Made by a program: the position numbers and the translations under genes
Shown here: positions 8,670-18,906 of the stretch, in pieces
Position numbering within the stretch: the stretch's first letter is position 1
How the letters are laid out: each line of letters starts with the position of its first letter
The notes under the pieces: model-generated
The model's database searches: none
Seen by the model: only the letters and a program-made list of their open reading frames with translations
What the model was told of the DNA's origin: nothing
DNA from: Myxococcota bacterium
GTDB taxonomy: Bacteria > Myxococcota > UBA4151
Assembly: GCA_040260805.1 (NCBI GenBank)
Contig: JBDQPD010000030.1
Location: 1-34,849 of the forward strand
Reading direction: 5' to 3'
DNA: 34,849 nucleotides

Positions 8670-10246
8670 CCATCACGCTCGCGCCCGTCGCCGAGGCGAT
8701 GGCTGAACTCGCCGCACTCGGTCCTGCAGATCAATACCAAGCCTTAGTACGCTCTGAGCATACCGCAGAGTTGGTGCGCGCGATGGCGCCCCAAGATCTA
8801 CAAGCGATCTCTCTTGCGGTCGGCAAAGAAGAGGCTCACGAACTCCTCCCCTACTGCAGCGGAGAGCAGCTCGTCGGCTTGACCGATCTCGCCGGATGGC
8901 AAGGGTTTCGCTTCGATTTGGTAGGTTATGAAGACTGGCTTACGGCCATGTTTGAAGCCGGCGAACAAACCATCGCCACCTACCTAAAGACCTCAGATAT
9001 CGAACAATTACTGCTGTATATGAACCATCGCATGCGGGTGCATGAAGCCGATGAAGAGGGCGACTTTCCCACCCTAGCAGACGCAGTACCCGGTGACGCG
9101 CTTTGGTACAGCCCAGACCGGAAATTCTGTCTCGAGATTATCGACTGGCTCAAAGACCATGATCGTTTGCCGAGCGACCCGATTCGCCCCTTACTCAAAA
9201 CACTAGAGGGAATGGACCCCTTTCGACTGTCACGTGTCCTGGCTGCGCTGCGTTGGGAGCTGGCAACGCCCCTCGAAGAGGACTGCTTGCGTCTGCGTAA
9301 TGCGCGCATGGAGGAGATGGGCTTCCCGCCCCTCGAAGAGGCGATTGCGCTCTTTGCTCGGGGGCGCCCAGGCGCCATTTTAGCGACAGGGTCTCGCACC
9401 TTACGCAACGATCTCGATCAGATTCCAGCGCTGACGCTTCGGATCCGACCCAGACGCGATCTTTTAGCTACAGCTTTAGCGGGCTTGCCCGATGCTGCTC
9501 GGGCTCATGCGCTCCAAGAGCTAGCCTATGTGGCGAACCAACTAATGGTCGCCAAGGGCAGCACGGTGGGTGATCCAGAACAAATTCAAAGCGCTTGGAC
9601 GAGCCTGCGCGCCACCATCAGTTTAGGGCTAGAATTCGCCGCTCGAGCGACCAGCGATGACGACAGCCAAGCCCTCGCCGCAACCACCGAAGTGCTGCGT
9701 ACACATCGAGCCCAAGCGTTGTTTAGAGCCGGGTTTAATCTGAGACGACCGCTGCAGGATCTCGCTCGGCAAATCGAGCGTGACCCTCGCAGCGGTCCTG
9801 GACGAGCGACGTCTTGGCTGAGTGAAGAGGCTCAATTGCTGGTGCAAGGCTTAGCCCAGCCCCAGCCCGTGGTAGTGTCCAAAGACCACGAATCCATCCC
9901 GATTGAGCGCTTGAGCGAACTGCAAGGGCTTGCGCTGCGCTTGCAGCAGCAACTCGACGTGATGGCTGGAGTCTTTGAGGACGCAACCGCGGCGACCGAA
10001 TTGCTTGGGATACCCTGTGCGGGCACGAACATCGACGATTACAACCAGCTCAACTTGGTCATTTTGCAGCGAACAGCAGAAGCACAACTCGAGCTCTCGG
10101 GCGTGGCCGCACTCAAACCCTTGCCGGCAAATGCGTTGAAAACCTTGCGCGAACGACTCAACGAGGCGCATCCTGTCGCTCAGATCTTAAGCCAAGCGCG
10201 CCCGCCGAACGACGCGGTCCCGCTATGGATCAACGTGGAGGGCTAA
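8666..10246 (+). CDS. DUF6178-like protein of unknown function
   Basis: LEEDCLRLRNARMEEMGFPPLEEAIALF and ELAYVANQLMVA resemble DUF6178 as I recall it; TTG start overlaps upstream TGA (TTGA 8666-8669). Confidence 0.7.
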   Translation: MTITLAPVAEAMAELAALGPADQYQALVRSEHTAELVRAMAPQDLQAISLAVGKEEAHELLPYCSGEQLVGLTDLAGWQGFRFDLVGYEDWLTAMFEAGEQTIATYLKTSDIEQLLLYMNHRMRVHEADEEGDFPTLADAVPGDALWYSPDRKFCLEIIDWLKDHDRLPSDPIRPLLKTLEGMDPFRLSRVLAALRWELATPLEEDCLRLRNARMEEMGFPPLEEAIALFARGRPGAILATGSRTLRNDLDQIPALTLRIRPRRDLLATALAGLPDAARAHALQELAYVANQLMVAKGSTVGDPEQIQSAWTSLRATISLGLEFAARATSDDDSQALAATTEVLRTHRAQALFRAGFNLRRPLQDLARQIERDPRSGPGRATSWLSEEAQLLVQGLAQPQPVVVSKDHESIPIERLSELQGLALRLQQQLDVMAGVFEDATAATELLGIPCAGTNIDDYNQLNLVILQRTAEAQLELSGVAALKPLPANALKTLRERLNEAHPVAQILSQARPPNDAVPLWINVEG

Positions 10247-10249
10247 CGG

Positions 10250-11362
10250 ATGCGGGTCAAACTGGTTGATCATCCGGAGCATGGAATTCTGAGGTTGCGC
10301 GACGACTATTACGCGCGTCGGCGTGCCATCGTCGGAGGCATCGTTCTAGCGAGTGCGGTAATACTCGGTCAAATCGCAGCATTGCGAATCGACAACACGG
10401 TCATCTCTCCGCTCGCACAAATGGCGATCAGCGCGCTTGGGTTTGCTTACGGGCTGATCTGCGCAGCCTGGCCTAACAATCCTCGGCAAACCGGCATGGG
10501 AATTATCGGCGGCACCGTAGCCTTTTGTCTCCTGGCTTTGGTCGGCGGTTTGATCATGGCGCTCGTGATCTTACTGATCGCCTTTGTTCCGGCTGCTGCC
10601 GGCGGCCTGCCTGGAATCGGCGGCGCCTTGCTAGGGACCCTTGCGGTGATGCTCGGCGGGGTCGCAGGTGCGGTGATGGTAGTCGGCACAGCCGCTGTTG
10701 TTTCGCTCGCTGGGTTTGTGACGCTTCGGGTGGCGGCAGGCGCCGAACTCGACGACGCCTTGCTCAACGAAACAGTTCGCGCAGCGACCGACAAAAAGAG
10801 ATTTATTCCGGCTTTAAGCTGGCTCATCGGTGCGGCGCTGATGGCGATCGCAGCCACCTCGGTCCTCAATATGGGGACCACTCGCTTGCTGGCGCTCAAC
10901 TCATCGAGCGCTGGGATGACTGAGCTAGCGATCGGTCTGGATTATCTGGTGGGATTTCGTGATGTTGGCGTCACCCTAGCGAGCACCGGAAGCGCGACCT
11001 TATCCGACCTACTTGCGGGCTTGGTGACCACACTCGGCGCCGCTTTTATGCTGGGCTTACTCTTGGCTTTACCGATGGCGATTACCGCCCGTAGTCTGCT
11101 GATCTACATGGGAATTGAAGGCGCTGATTTTAGCGTCGCCCACGCCTCCTCATTGAGAAGCCACGAAGAAGAAGAAGAACCCCCAGTCCTCGAAGACCCT
11201 GACAGCTTAGCAAATCTAGACCTGCGCGAGGCGGTGCAGCGGCCAGAAGGCTGGCATCCCGAGGGTGGTCGAGCCTCCAAGCAAGAGCTGCTGCAAGTGA
11301 AGCGCAGAGACGTTGAAGTTAACCTCGAGGAGCGCGGCTCAATTCCGGGTTTAGACGACTAA
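10250..11362 (+). CDS. Hypothetical polytopic membrane protein with acidic C-terminal tail
   Basis: Several Gly/Ala/Leu-rich hydrophobic segments; 3 nt after the previous stop. Confidence 0.7.
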   Translation: MRVKLVDHPEHGILRLRDDYYARRRAIVGGIVLASAVILGQIAALRIDNTVISPLAQMAISALGFAYGLICAAWPNNPRQTGMGIIGGTVAFCLLALVGGLIMALVILLIAFVPAAAGGLPGIGGALLGTLAVMLGGVAGAVMVVGTAAVVSLAGFVTLRVAAGAELDDALLNETVRAATDKKRFIPALSWLIGAALMAIAATSVLNMGTTRLLALNSSSAGMTELAIGLDYLVGFRDVGVTLASTGSATLSDLLAGLVTTLGAAFMLGLLLALPMAITARSLLIYMGIEGADFSVAHASSLRSHEEEEEPPVLEDPDSLANLDLREAVQRPEGWHPEGGRASKQELLQVKRRDVEVNLEERGSIPGLDD

Positions 11363-11368
11363 AACGTC

Positions 11369-12337
11369 ATGAGCAGATGGGATGACAAAGCGGCGGCTGA
11401 CTCCGGCTGGTTTGGCTGTGAAACACAGACAGGCCTTTTAGCTATTGTTGAGGTACCCTTTGATGCGACGAGCTCGCATCACCGCGTCGCCGCAAGCGCT
11501 CCTGAGGCAATCCGTGCTGCCAGCCATCAAGTTGAACTCACGCTCCTCGATGGGCGCTGCCCTGCGCAAGCTGGGCTGGTCGCTAGCCGGCTCGATCTCA
11601 AAGCGCTCAACGACCGCGCTCACGCCGCCATGACCGAGCTTAGAGCAGGCGCGAACGAAGCAGCTAAAACCGTTGAGGAGGCTGCCTCACAAGCCGAGCA
11701 GGCGCTACGTGAGTCGCTCCTAAGGCATTGGCGAGAGCAGCGACAAACGTTGGTCATCGGCGGGGACCATGGATCAACCTTCGCTGCCATGGACGCCGCC
11801 AAGGCTAACCATCCAAGCTTGGGCATCCTGCAGATCGATGCGCACGCCGACCTGCGAGCTGATTATGAGGGGGTGGGGTGCTCGCACGCATCGGTCATGC
11901 ACCGACTCAAGCTCAAGCACCCGAGCTTACGCCTAGTCCAGGTCGGATTACGCGACTTAGGGCAAAGCGAACGGGAGTTCATCGACTCTGACCCTGAGAT
12001 CATCACCTTCTTTGATGAAGCCCTAGTGCAGCAAGAGTTCTTAGGCATGCCCTGGGCAGAGCAGGCGCGCGCAATTGTTGAGTCCCTGCCTGAAAAGGTA
12101 TGGGTCTCCTTTGATATCGACGGCCTCGACCCGAGCCTTTGCCCTCATACCGGCACCCCCGTTCCGGGCGGCTTGTCGTATTATCGAGCGGTCGATCTGA
12201 TCGATCGGATTCACAGCAGCGGTCGCACCTTGGTTGGAGCCGATCTGAGCGAAGTGGCGGGGCACCCCTTTGATGCGTTGGTTGCAGCCCGTTTAGCCTA
12301 CCGCCTGCTCGCCGGCCTGCTGGACTCAAAAAAATAA
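11369..12337 (+). CDS. speB: Agmatinase / ureohydrolase (arginase family)
   Basis: GGDH, DAHADLR, SHAS, SFDIDGLDP, GTPVPGG: all Mn ligands present; substrate inferred. Confidence 0.85.
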   Translation: MSRWDDKAAADSGWFGCETQTGLLAIVEVPFDATSSHHRVAASAPEAIRAASHQVELTLLDGRCPAQAGLVASRLDLKALNDRAHAAMTELRAGANEAAKTVEEAASQAEQALRESLLRHWREQRQTLVIGGDHGSTFAAMDAAKANHPSLGILQIDAHADLRADYEGVGCSHASVMHRLKLKHPSLRLVQVGLRDLGQSEREFIDSDPEIITFFDEALVQQEFLGMPWAEQARAIVESLPEKVWVSFDIDGLDPSLCPHTGTPVPGGLSYYRAVDLIDRIHSSGRTLVGADLSEVAGHPFDALVAARLAYRLLAGLLDSKK

Positions 12338-12364
12338 AAGCGCGCATCAGCTGATGCGCGCTTT
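12329..12364 (-). terminator. Intrinsic terminator of rpsU, possibly bidirectional
   Basis: Perfect 28-bp palindrome AAAGCGCGCATCAG-CTGATGCGCGCTTT (12337-12364) between convergent genes; T-rich tract follows on the minus strand. Confidence 0.85.
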
Positions 12365-12389
12365 CGGGTAAAGCACTCTTTCTTTCGAC

Positions 12390-12620
12390 TTAGCGTCGGA
12401 AGGTTCTCGAGCGCTTGCTCTTGCCCTGTTTGGCTTTTTTGATCGCCTTGAAACGGCGGCGGTCTGCCTCACGTTCCTTTTTACGGCGCTGCTCACCTGG
12501 CTTGAGATAGTACTCACGCTTACGGATTTCCTTACGGATTCCCGCTTGCTCTACCTTGCGGCGGAACTTGCGCAGTGCCTTCTCAACCGGGTCACCATCC
12601 CTGACTTGAACAACGGTCAT
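12390..12620 (-). CDS. rpsU: 30S ribosomal protein S21
   Basis: VRDGDPVEKALRKFRRKVEQAGIRKEIRKREYYLKPG S21 signature; RBS AAAGGGGTG. Confidence 0.97.
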   Translation of the reverse strand: MTVVQVRDGDPVEKALRKFRRKVEQAGIRKEIRKREYYLKPGEQRRKKEREADRRRFKAIKKAKQGKSKRSRTFRR

Positions 12621-12807
12621 ATGCCGTCACCCCTTTCTTTTGATACTCGCCGGCCAAAGCCAGCGGCGAAGAGCCCCTACGGGGCCCGGGCGCGCCGCGC
12701 AAGCTAATCTACTGCACGCGGTCATTCCCTGAGGTCGTGCGCGTCGATGCCAATCGTGTCAGAGGGTGCATGTAGAGAGTTCTCATCATCAATCCGGAGC
12801 AGGGTGC

Positions 12808-14175
12808 ATGGCACGCGCAAACAAAGTCGAATACGAATGCTCGTCGTGTGGTTCGGTGCAACTCAAATGGCACGGACGCTGCCCTGACTGTAGTGAATGG
12901 AACACGCTCTCCGAACGCGCCGTCGCTGCGCCCACGCTTGAACGCCACGCCAGGCGGGTCGGCAAACCCACGGCGCCCATTCGAGCGGTCCCCTTAGCTG
13001 AGGTCGATCTCACCGACGCCGCGCGCCAGCCGATCGGCCTGAGTGAACTTGACCGAGTCTTAGGCGGCGGCGTGGTACCAGGCTCGCTGGTTTTGGTGGG
13101 CGGAGATCCAGGAATCGGCAAATCAACGCTGATGCTGCAAACGCTCGAATTGCTCGCTCAGCAAGGTCAGACCACGCTGTACATCAGCGGCGAGGAGAGC
13201 GCCGCCCAGACGCGCCTGCGCGGTGAACGCCTCGGCGTCGGCCACCCTCAGCTGCTGCTGCTCGCCGAAACCGACCTCACGAAAGTTTTAGCCGAAGCCG
13301 ACCGCGCTCAACCGACCACTTTAGTGCTCGATTCGATCCAAACCCTCTTCGCACCTGAGCTCGATTCGGCACCAGGCTCGATGGCTCAACTGCGTGAGGT
13401 CACCGCCCGAATTCTCATGTGGGCTAAACGCCAAGGCGTCGCCTGCTTTTTGATCGGTCATGTCACCAAAGACGGACAAGTCGCCGGGCCTCGAATGCTC
13501 GAGCATATGGTCGACACCGTTTTGTATTTCGAGGGCGAAGCGGGCGGTCTTCATCGCCTGCTCAGAGCCCGTAAGAACCGCTTCGGATCGACCGACGAGA
13601 TCGGTCTTTTTGCGATGACCGGACGCGGGCTAGAGCCGATCAGCAACCCGAGCGAGATCTTTCTCTCGAAGCGCCCTGAGGATGCCGCTGGGTCCGCGGT
13701 GATCCCAGCGCTTCAAGGCAGCCGTCCGATCCTGCTCGAGGTCCAAGCTTTAGTGCATGGCGGCATGCCAAGCGGACGACGCACAGCCCTAGGCTTGGAC
13801 CGCAACCGCATTAACCTTTTGACCGCAGTGCTCGAGCGCCGGGTCGGATTAGCCTTCGCCGACCACGACCTTTACCTCTCGGTGGTAGGCGGCGCTCGCC
13901 TTAACGAGCCAGCCGCTGACCTGGCGCTTGCAGCGGCGATGGTGTCGAGCTTTCGCAACGTCCCTATCGCGCAAAATACCGTCTGCTTTGGCGAGATAGG
14001 GCTCGCAGGCGAGCTGCGCCCAGTTCACGCCACAGAGAACCGTCTCAAAGAGGCAGCTAAACTCGGTTTTGACCGAGCGGTCATCCCCTGCGGCAGCGAA
14101 AAGCTGAACATCAAAGGCATGCACATCAGCCCGTGCAAGAGCCTGAGCGATGCGCTGGATGCACTGTTCGACTGA
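12808..14175 (+). CDS. radA: DNA repair protein RadA/Sms
   Basis: C4 zinc finger CSSCG..KWHGRCPDC, GGDPGIGKST, KNRFG, Lon-like C-terminal domain; ATG 12808. Confidence 0.97.
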   Translation: MARANKVEYECSSCGSVQLKWHGRCPDCSEWNTLSERAVAAPTLERHARRVGKPTAPIRAVPLAEVDLTDAARQPIGLSELDRVLGGGVVPGSLVLVGGDPGIGKSTLMLQTLELLAQQGQTTLYISGEESAAQTRLRGERLGVGHPQLLLLAETDLTKVLAEADRAQPTTLVLDSIQTLFAPELDSAPGSMAQLREVTARILMWAKRQGVACFLIGHVTKDGQVAGPRMLEHMVDTVLYFEGEAGGLHRLLRARKNRFGSTDEIGLFAMTGRGLEPISNPSEIFLSKRPEDAAGSAVIPALQGSRPILLEVQALVHGGMPSGRRTALGLDRNRINLLTAVLERRVGLAFADHDLYLSVVGGARLNEPAADLALAAAMVSSFRNVPIAQNTVCFGEIGLAGELRPVHATENRLKEAAKLGFDRAVIPCGSEKLNIKGMHISPCKSLSDALDALFD

Positions 14176-14187
14176 CCCTTCTTCGCG

Positions 14188-17004
14188 CTACTGCGTCGGA
14201 GGGTCTCCTTCAGCGCTGTATTCAATACCAGTGAGCGGCGTAATGATCTGCTGATCATCGGCGGTGACCCCGTCGTAGACCAAACCCCCTGCAATATAAC
14301 CGCTGAGCTGGTCACCCTCACCAACGATCACCGGCGTGGGGAACGCTCTGGGCATACTCATTTCGGCTTCCATCACCGAGCTGCGCAAGGTGGTCAAATC
14401 AATCATCTCTACCGAGTACAATGCCTTGACCGGCAAGCCCGGGATATCGGCGGTCTCTTTGTTTCCGCCAGCGACCATGACCAACTCGTCGCCAGCCGGC
14501 ACCACCGCAGGCCCCCGCCGGTTTTGTGCCAGGTTAATGGGCGAGAAATTCCCCGAATTGACCACATACAGCTCCGCCGTTCGGGTGGCTCGGTAGCCAC
14601 CGCTCCAGACCTCACCGCCAGCGAACAAAATCTGATCAGCGTTAGCGACTCGAACCGCTAAATGACCATGATGACGACGCGAAGTATCCGGCGAATTGCC
14701 TGTCGCTACGCTGAGGTCTTGCGGGTTGAATAAATCAACCGGCGCAGCATTACGCTGAGGATCGGTTCCGCCATGAAGCAGGATTCGCCCATCCGGCAAG
14801 GGGCTCAGGCTGGGCTGAAATCGACCGGTGTTCATGCGCTGGTCAACCTCAGACCACTCACCGGTGAAGGGATCGTAGAGCTCGAGGGTATCGGTTGGGT
14901 CCGCTTGATTGGTCAGACCACCAGCGATCACAACGCGCCCTGAGTCCAAGAGATAAGCGGCGTGATCTGAGCGCGCTAAATGCAAGGAGCCAGTGAGCTG
15001 ACCGCCGTCTTCACTGTTCCAGATCTCGACGCTGCGCAGCGCTTGACCCTGCTCATCACGCCCGCCGATAATCAAATACGCATCGTCCTCACCAGGCAGC
15101 CGAACCGCTGCGGCGTCGGCGCGAGCGACTTGCATCGGAGGTAGATCTGAAAACCCTGTGTTTAGACTACGGACTCGGTCGGTGACCCGGCCTGTGTGCA
15201 AATCGATCCCACCAAAGAAGGTCATGTCTTGACCGCTTGCGGCCTTGGCGTGGCGAGGCCCTAAAAGACCGTAGGAGCTAAAGCTTGCGTTGCTGCGCAC
15301 AAACCGCTCGGCGTTGGTGTGCGCCGTCGGGCGGCCAACCATCGAGGAGCCGCCTACAATAAACGCTCCGTCTTCGCCTAAAACGCCAGCGAAGGCGTGG
15401 TAGCGACGGCTGCTCATTCGATTGGCTAAAGGCAGCCATTGGCCGAGCAGTCCGACCCAGCGCTCAGCATCTTGGCGAGCCGCTTGCGGCCCATCTTCGA
15501 CCACGTAAATACGATCGGCTCCACCCATCACCAAGACCGTTTCATCGCTCAACAGCACCGTGCTGTGCCCATAGCGAGGTTGGGTCATCGCAATTCCCTC
15601 AGTCAACGAGCCCTGTCCCGGCACCCCCGTTGGCGTCAGCCAAATCACGCTGGAATGAACGGTTTCGCCGTCATGCCCGCCGGCGATCATGACCTTGCTT
15701 TGACCACCTTCGGTGACCAGCGTCGCCGTGTGGTCGAGTCGCGGCGCACCCAAAGTCGTTTGCAAGGGCACCAAAGCCTCACCCGAGAAGAACTCGCCGT
15801 CGTCGCGGATACCCTCGTCGCCTATACCGCCCAAAAGCAGCACCTGATCACCCGGTAAAACCGTGGCGCTGTGGAACCAGCGCGGCGCGCTCGTGACCTC
15901 GAGGCTCCGTACCTGACCTAAGCCTGGACTAAAGATCTCAACCGCGACCGCAGGCTCCTCGCTAAAGGGCTCGCCAGGTGCCTGCCCCGGGCTACGGGTC
16001 AAACCGCCTAAGATGACGACCGCATCGCCGACTCGGCTTGCGGTGTGACCATAACGTCCAATATTCATCGCCCCGGCGGCGCTGATCGATCCATCGTCTG
16101 GATTGAAGATCTCAATCGAAGTGCTCGCTGAGGCGCGATCCGCAAGAGCGTTGTCTAGACCGCCAGTAATCAGCACCGTGCCGTCAGGAAGTAAGGCTAA
16201 GGCGGGTCGAATTCGACCATTAGCCATCGGACCGTGCCAGGTGGGCGAGCCACTCGCTGGGTCGAAAACCTCGATGGTGTTATCTGCTGCGCCTTGGCGA
16301 TTGATACCGCCTACGAGCACCATGCGACCGTCGGGCAGCTGGATCGCTGCGCCATCTGAGCGCGCCTGCTGACCAGCGTAAGCAGCTTTGAAGTGACCAT
16401 CCGACCAAAACGGAAAACCGCCATCAGGTCGTATCGGGGGACCATAATCTGGGCGTCCCGCATCATGAAAACCGGTGTCTCTAACATCCGGACTCGGTCC
16501 GGCATCGTTCGGCCCAGCATCAGGAGGAGGAGGAGGCTGCCCCTCATACGATGTACCGACCAATGAAACGGTTGAAGGCGCTGGGCATCGAACCTGCTCA
16601 TTGATGTCGGCATGACTGAAGCTGACCGTCCCGCGATGACTTTGACCGCCGGCTGAAACCGCTGTGATCGGCGCATACGTAATGGTCAAATCAACGGTCG
16701 CCCCGGTCGGAATTGGCTCGGTGATCACGGGCAAGCTCTCAAACTGAGCTTTCACGTTCTCACCGGTCCCGTCGCGCCAACGCACCTCAAACTGCGGAAG
16801 CGCCGTGTTGCCCGTATTTTCAATTCGAACGATGGTCTCTTCACGCGTCCGCACGCGCACTCGCTGGAAATCAACGGTCGCAGTTCCGGGAGGAGCGCTC
16901 AGCGCCGTGACGCGGTATTCGCATCGCTTCTGGGTGAATTGCGGATCATCGCAATTGCACGCCCAAGTCGAGAGTAAGATCAGGGTCCATAGGGATCGGC
17001 GCAT
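14188..17004 (-). CDS. Kelch-repeat lipoprotein with N-terminal Ig-like (ASH/choice-of-anchor D-like) domain
   Basis: Lipobox WAC-NC; VDFQRV..IVRIENTGN..LTITYAP Ig-like domain; Pro/DAG linker; about 12 R..H.A..L.DG.V+..GG kelch blades; ATG 17004. Confidence 0.85.
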   Translation of the reverse strand: MRRSLWTLILLSTWACNCDDPQFTQKRCEYRVTALSAPPGTATVDFQRVRVRTREETIVRIENTGNTALPQFEVRWRDGTGENVKAQFESLPVITEPIPTGATVDLTITYAPITAVSAGGQSHRGTVSFSHADINEQVRCPAPSTVSLVGTSYEGQPPPPPDAGPNDAGPSPDVRDTGFHDAGRPDYGPPIRPDGGFPFWSDGHFKAAYAGQQARSDGAAIQLPDGRMVLVGGINRQGAADNTIEVFDPASGSPTWHGPMANGRIRPALALLPDGTVLITGGLDNALADRASASTSIEIFNPDDGSISAAGAMNIGRYGHTASRVGDAVVILGGLTRSPGQAPGEPFSEEPAVAVEIFSPGLGQVRSLEVTSAPRWFHSATVLPGDQVLLLGGIGDEGIRDDGEFFSGEALVPLQTTLGAPRLDHTATLVTEGGQSKVMIAGGHDGETVHSSVIWLTPTGVPGQGSLTEGIAMTQPRYGHSTVLLSDETVLVMGGADRIYVVEDGPQAARQDAERWVGLLGQWLPLANRMSSRRYHAFAGVLGEDGAFIVGGSSMVGRPTAHTNAERFVRSNASFSSYGLLGPRHAKAASGQDMTFFGGIDLHTGRVTDRVRSLNTGFSDLPPMQVARADAAAVRLPGEDDAYLIIGGRDEQGQALRSVEIWNSEDGGQLTGSLHLARSDHAAYLLDSGRVVIAGGLTNQADPTDTLELYDPFTGEWSEVDQRMNTGRFQPSLSPLPDGRILLHGGTDPQRNAAPVDLFNPQDLSVATGNSPDTSRRHHGHLAVRVANADQILFAGGEVWSGGYRATRTAELYVVNSGNFSPINLAQNRRGPAVVPAGDELVMVAGGNKETADIPGLPVKALYSVEMIDLTTLRSSVMEAEMSMPRAFPTPVIVGEGDQLSGYIAGGLVYDGVTADDQQIITPLTGIEYSAEGDPPTQ

Positions 17005-17101
17005 AAGGCGACTTCCTTTCCTCAACAGCCTGTGCTTCGCATCAACTGTCTCGGGAGGCTTAGCCTCTTTAGCGCCCTTCGACTACCGGGCGCGCAATGG
17101 C

Positions 17102-18079
17102 CTACAGGCAAGCCACTGCACCAAAAAACTTTCGCCTCAGGTCACCGATGCCTCGATCCAGCCCATCGGGCCACGTCCGGTTGGTCAATAAAACAGCGGC
17201 TCGATCGGCTCTAGGATCAATCCAAAAAGCCGTTCCAGTGTATCCTAAATGACCAAAGGTTTGATCACTCCAGCCCCCACCCGTCGTGCCGCCAGGTGTG
17301 GCCACATCAAAGCCTGCGGTTCGGGCGCCAGGCTCAGGTATGATCAAAGCCTTCGCTTCCTCCGGTAAAACCGAGGGTCGGCCCTGTGATAAATCCAGCC
17401 AGGCCCGAACCGCCCGCTCGGTCACTCGAAGACTCCCAAACCAGCCTGCGTGACCACAATTACGGCCTCCAGCGAAACGGCAGGTCGGGTCATGGACTCG
17501 CCCGACCAGAGGTCGGCCGCGCTGATCTAGCCCGGTGGGGATGCATTGAGTAGCCATCGATGATTCAGGGATTACAAAACCACCGGCGCTGGCAAGCTCA
17601 TCAACGCTCCGGCCTGCGCGCTGGCAAATCCAAGCCAGGATTATAAATCCCAGATCCGAATACACAATAGTTCCGGGTCGATGACGAAGCGGCATATCCA
17701 CTGCCCGCCGTCTAAGCTCTCGCAAGCGCTTCTCGGGCGGTCCGCCCAGGTCGCGCGCCAGGTCCTCGGAGAACGCCAGTAAGCCCGCGCGGTGATGCAA
17801 AAGGTCTTTGATGCTCGCGTCGGCCAAAAGCCCTTGAGCCTCGGGGAGCCAATGCCCGACCGTCTGCTCTAAACCGATGGCTTGCTCGGCGAGGAGATGA
17901 GCGACGGTGCTGACCGTCGCCAAGGGCTTCGTCAGGCTCGCTAGATCAAAGAGGTCGTCTAAACCGCAGCCAAATGCCTGAACTTGAGCGGGCTGCTCTC
18001 CTTGGATCACTGCGCAGGCAAGAGCCGTGCATACCCTGCCCTCGCCAACAAAATCTTTGAGCCCAAAGGGGTCCGTCAC
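17102..18079 (-). CDS. Serine hydrolase (beta-lactamase class C-like family)
   Basis: FDLASLTK (SxxK), LLHHRAGL, YSDLGF, GRVHD, GHAG, FGHLGYTGT; GTG 18079 overlaps LD-carboxypeptidase stop. Confidence 0.9.
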   Translation of the reverse strand: MTDPFGLKDFVGEGRVCTALACAVIQGEQPAQVQAFGCGLDDLFDLASLTKPLATVSTVAHLLAEQAIGLEQTVGHWLPEAQGLLADASIKDLLHHRAGLLAFSEDLARDLGGPPEKRLRELRRRAVDMPLRHRPGTIVYSDLGFIILAWICQRAGRSVDELASAGGFVIPESSMATQCIPTGLDQRGRPLVGRVHDPTCRFAGGRNCGHAGWFGSLRVTERAVRAWLDLSQGRPSVLPEEAKALIIPEPGARTAGFDVATPGGTTGGGWSDQTFGHLGYTGTAFWIDPRADRAAVLLTNRTWPDGLDRGIGDLRRKFFGAVACL

Positions 18080-18906
18080 GGGCGCACCCCAGTCAGCGTT
18101 AACGTCCCGTGTTCGCACACAACCCGCTCACCCCAAACAAAAGCCTGATTGGCTGAGCCATGGCCCACTGGTGCGCCCGATAACGCCTCCAAACCGAGCC
18201 CTTGAGTCCGCTTCACAAGCCGCTCTAAAGCGCCCTCTCCGCAATTCACGAACGCCCCAAACACGATCGCTCGCGCCTGGCTCAAATCTGTTGATGCGAG
18301 CAGATGAGTGAGCGCACGATCGCAGCGGTACCAAGGCTCACCCACCTCCTCGAGTACCACCACCTTATCTTTATACTCTGGCTGGATTGCGGTGCCGATC
18401 AGACGCGTCAAAACCTCGAGATTCCCGCCAACGATTGGGGCTTCAAAAACTCCGCCTTCAGCGTGAAGTTTCCATTGTCTAGCCTCAGCAACGATCGCCG
18501 CTCGCAAAGCATCTTGGCTCGCCGCGTCGGCTTCAGCAAAGCTGGTCAATACCGGACCATGAATTGCGCAGCCGCCTGCTTGGTATGTCGCCGCTAAAAG
18601 AGCGGTCACATCAGAGAAGCCCACGATGGGTTTTTGCTCAAGGGCCACTGACTCAAACGGAATGAGGCGGGTTAGGCCATAGCCCCCTCGGACAGCCCAG
18701 GCGATATCGCTCGGCGCGGCCAGCGCCTGTTTCAAGCTATCCAGACGCGCCGAGTCCTCGCCCGCCAGATACTCCCCTGGGCAAGCGAACGCCTCTTCAG
18801 GTGCTTCATTTAACTCAATTCCCGCTGCTTGAGCGCGCTTCAAACCTGCGTGGATACGAGCTTGCTCAGCTCGACCAGAACTCGCAAAAAGGGCTGCTCG
18901 AAACAT
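18076..18906 (-). CDS. ldcA: LD-carboxypeptidase (peptidase S66)
   Basis: RGGYG, GFSDVTAL (Ser), HGP, GGNL, LEEVGE (Glu), GHG (His). Confidence 0.92.
   Translation of the reverse strand: MFRAALFASSGRAEQARIHAGLKRAQAAGIELNEAPEEAFACPGEYLAGEDSARLDSLKQALAAPSDIAWAVRGGYGLTRLIPFESVALEQKPIVGFSDVTALLAATYQAGGCAIHGPVLTSFAEADAASQDALRAAIVAEARQWKLHAEGGVFEAPIVGGNLEVLTRLIGTAIQPEYKDKVVVLEEVGEPWYRCDRALTHLLASTDLSQARAIVFGAFVNCGEGALERLVKRTQGLGLEALSGAPVGHGSANQAFVWGERVVCEHGTLTLTGVRP

Noticed and set aside
11165..11179. (GAA)5 repeat, and similarly (AGG)5 at 16522-16536
   Set aside because: In-frame triplets encoding poly-Glu and poly-Pro linkers; cannot shift frame
12868..12882. Sigma54-like TGGCACG-N4-CTGC
   Set aside because: Lies within radA and is explained by the conserved KWHGRC codons
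17102..18079. Beta-lactam resistance gene
   Set aside because: No signal peptide, YSD rather than YxN, and coupled to ldcA; more likely a cytoplasmic esterase/peptidase
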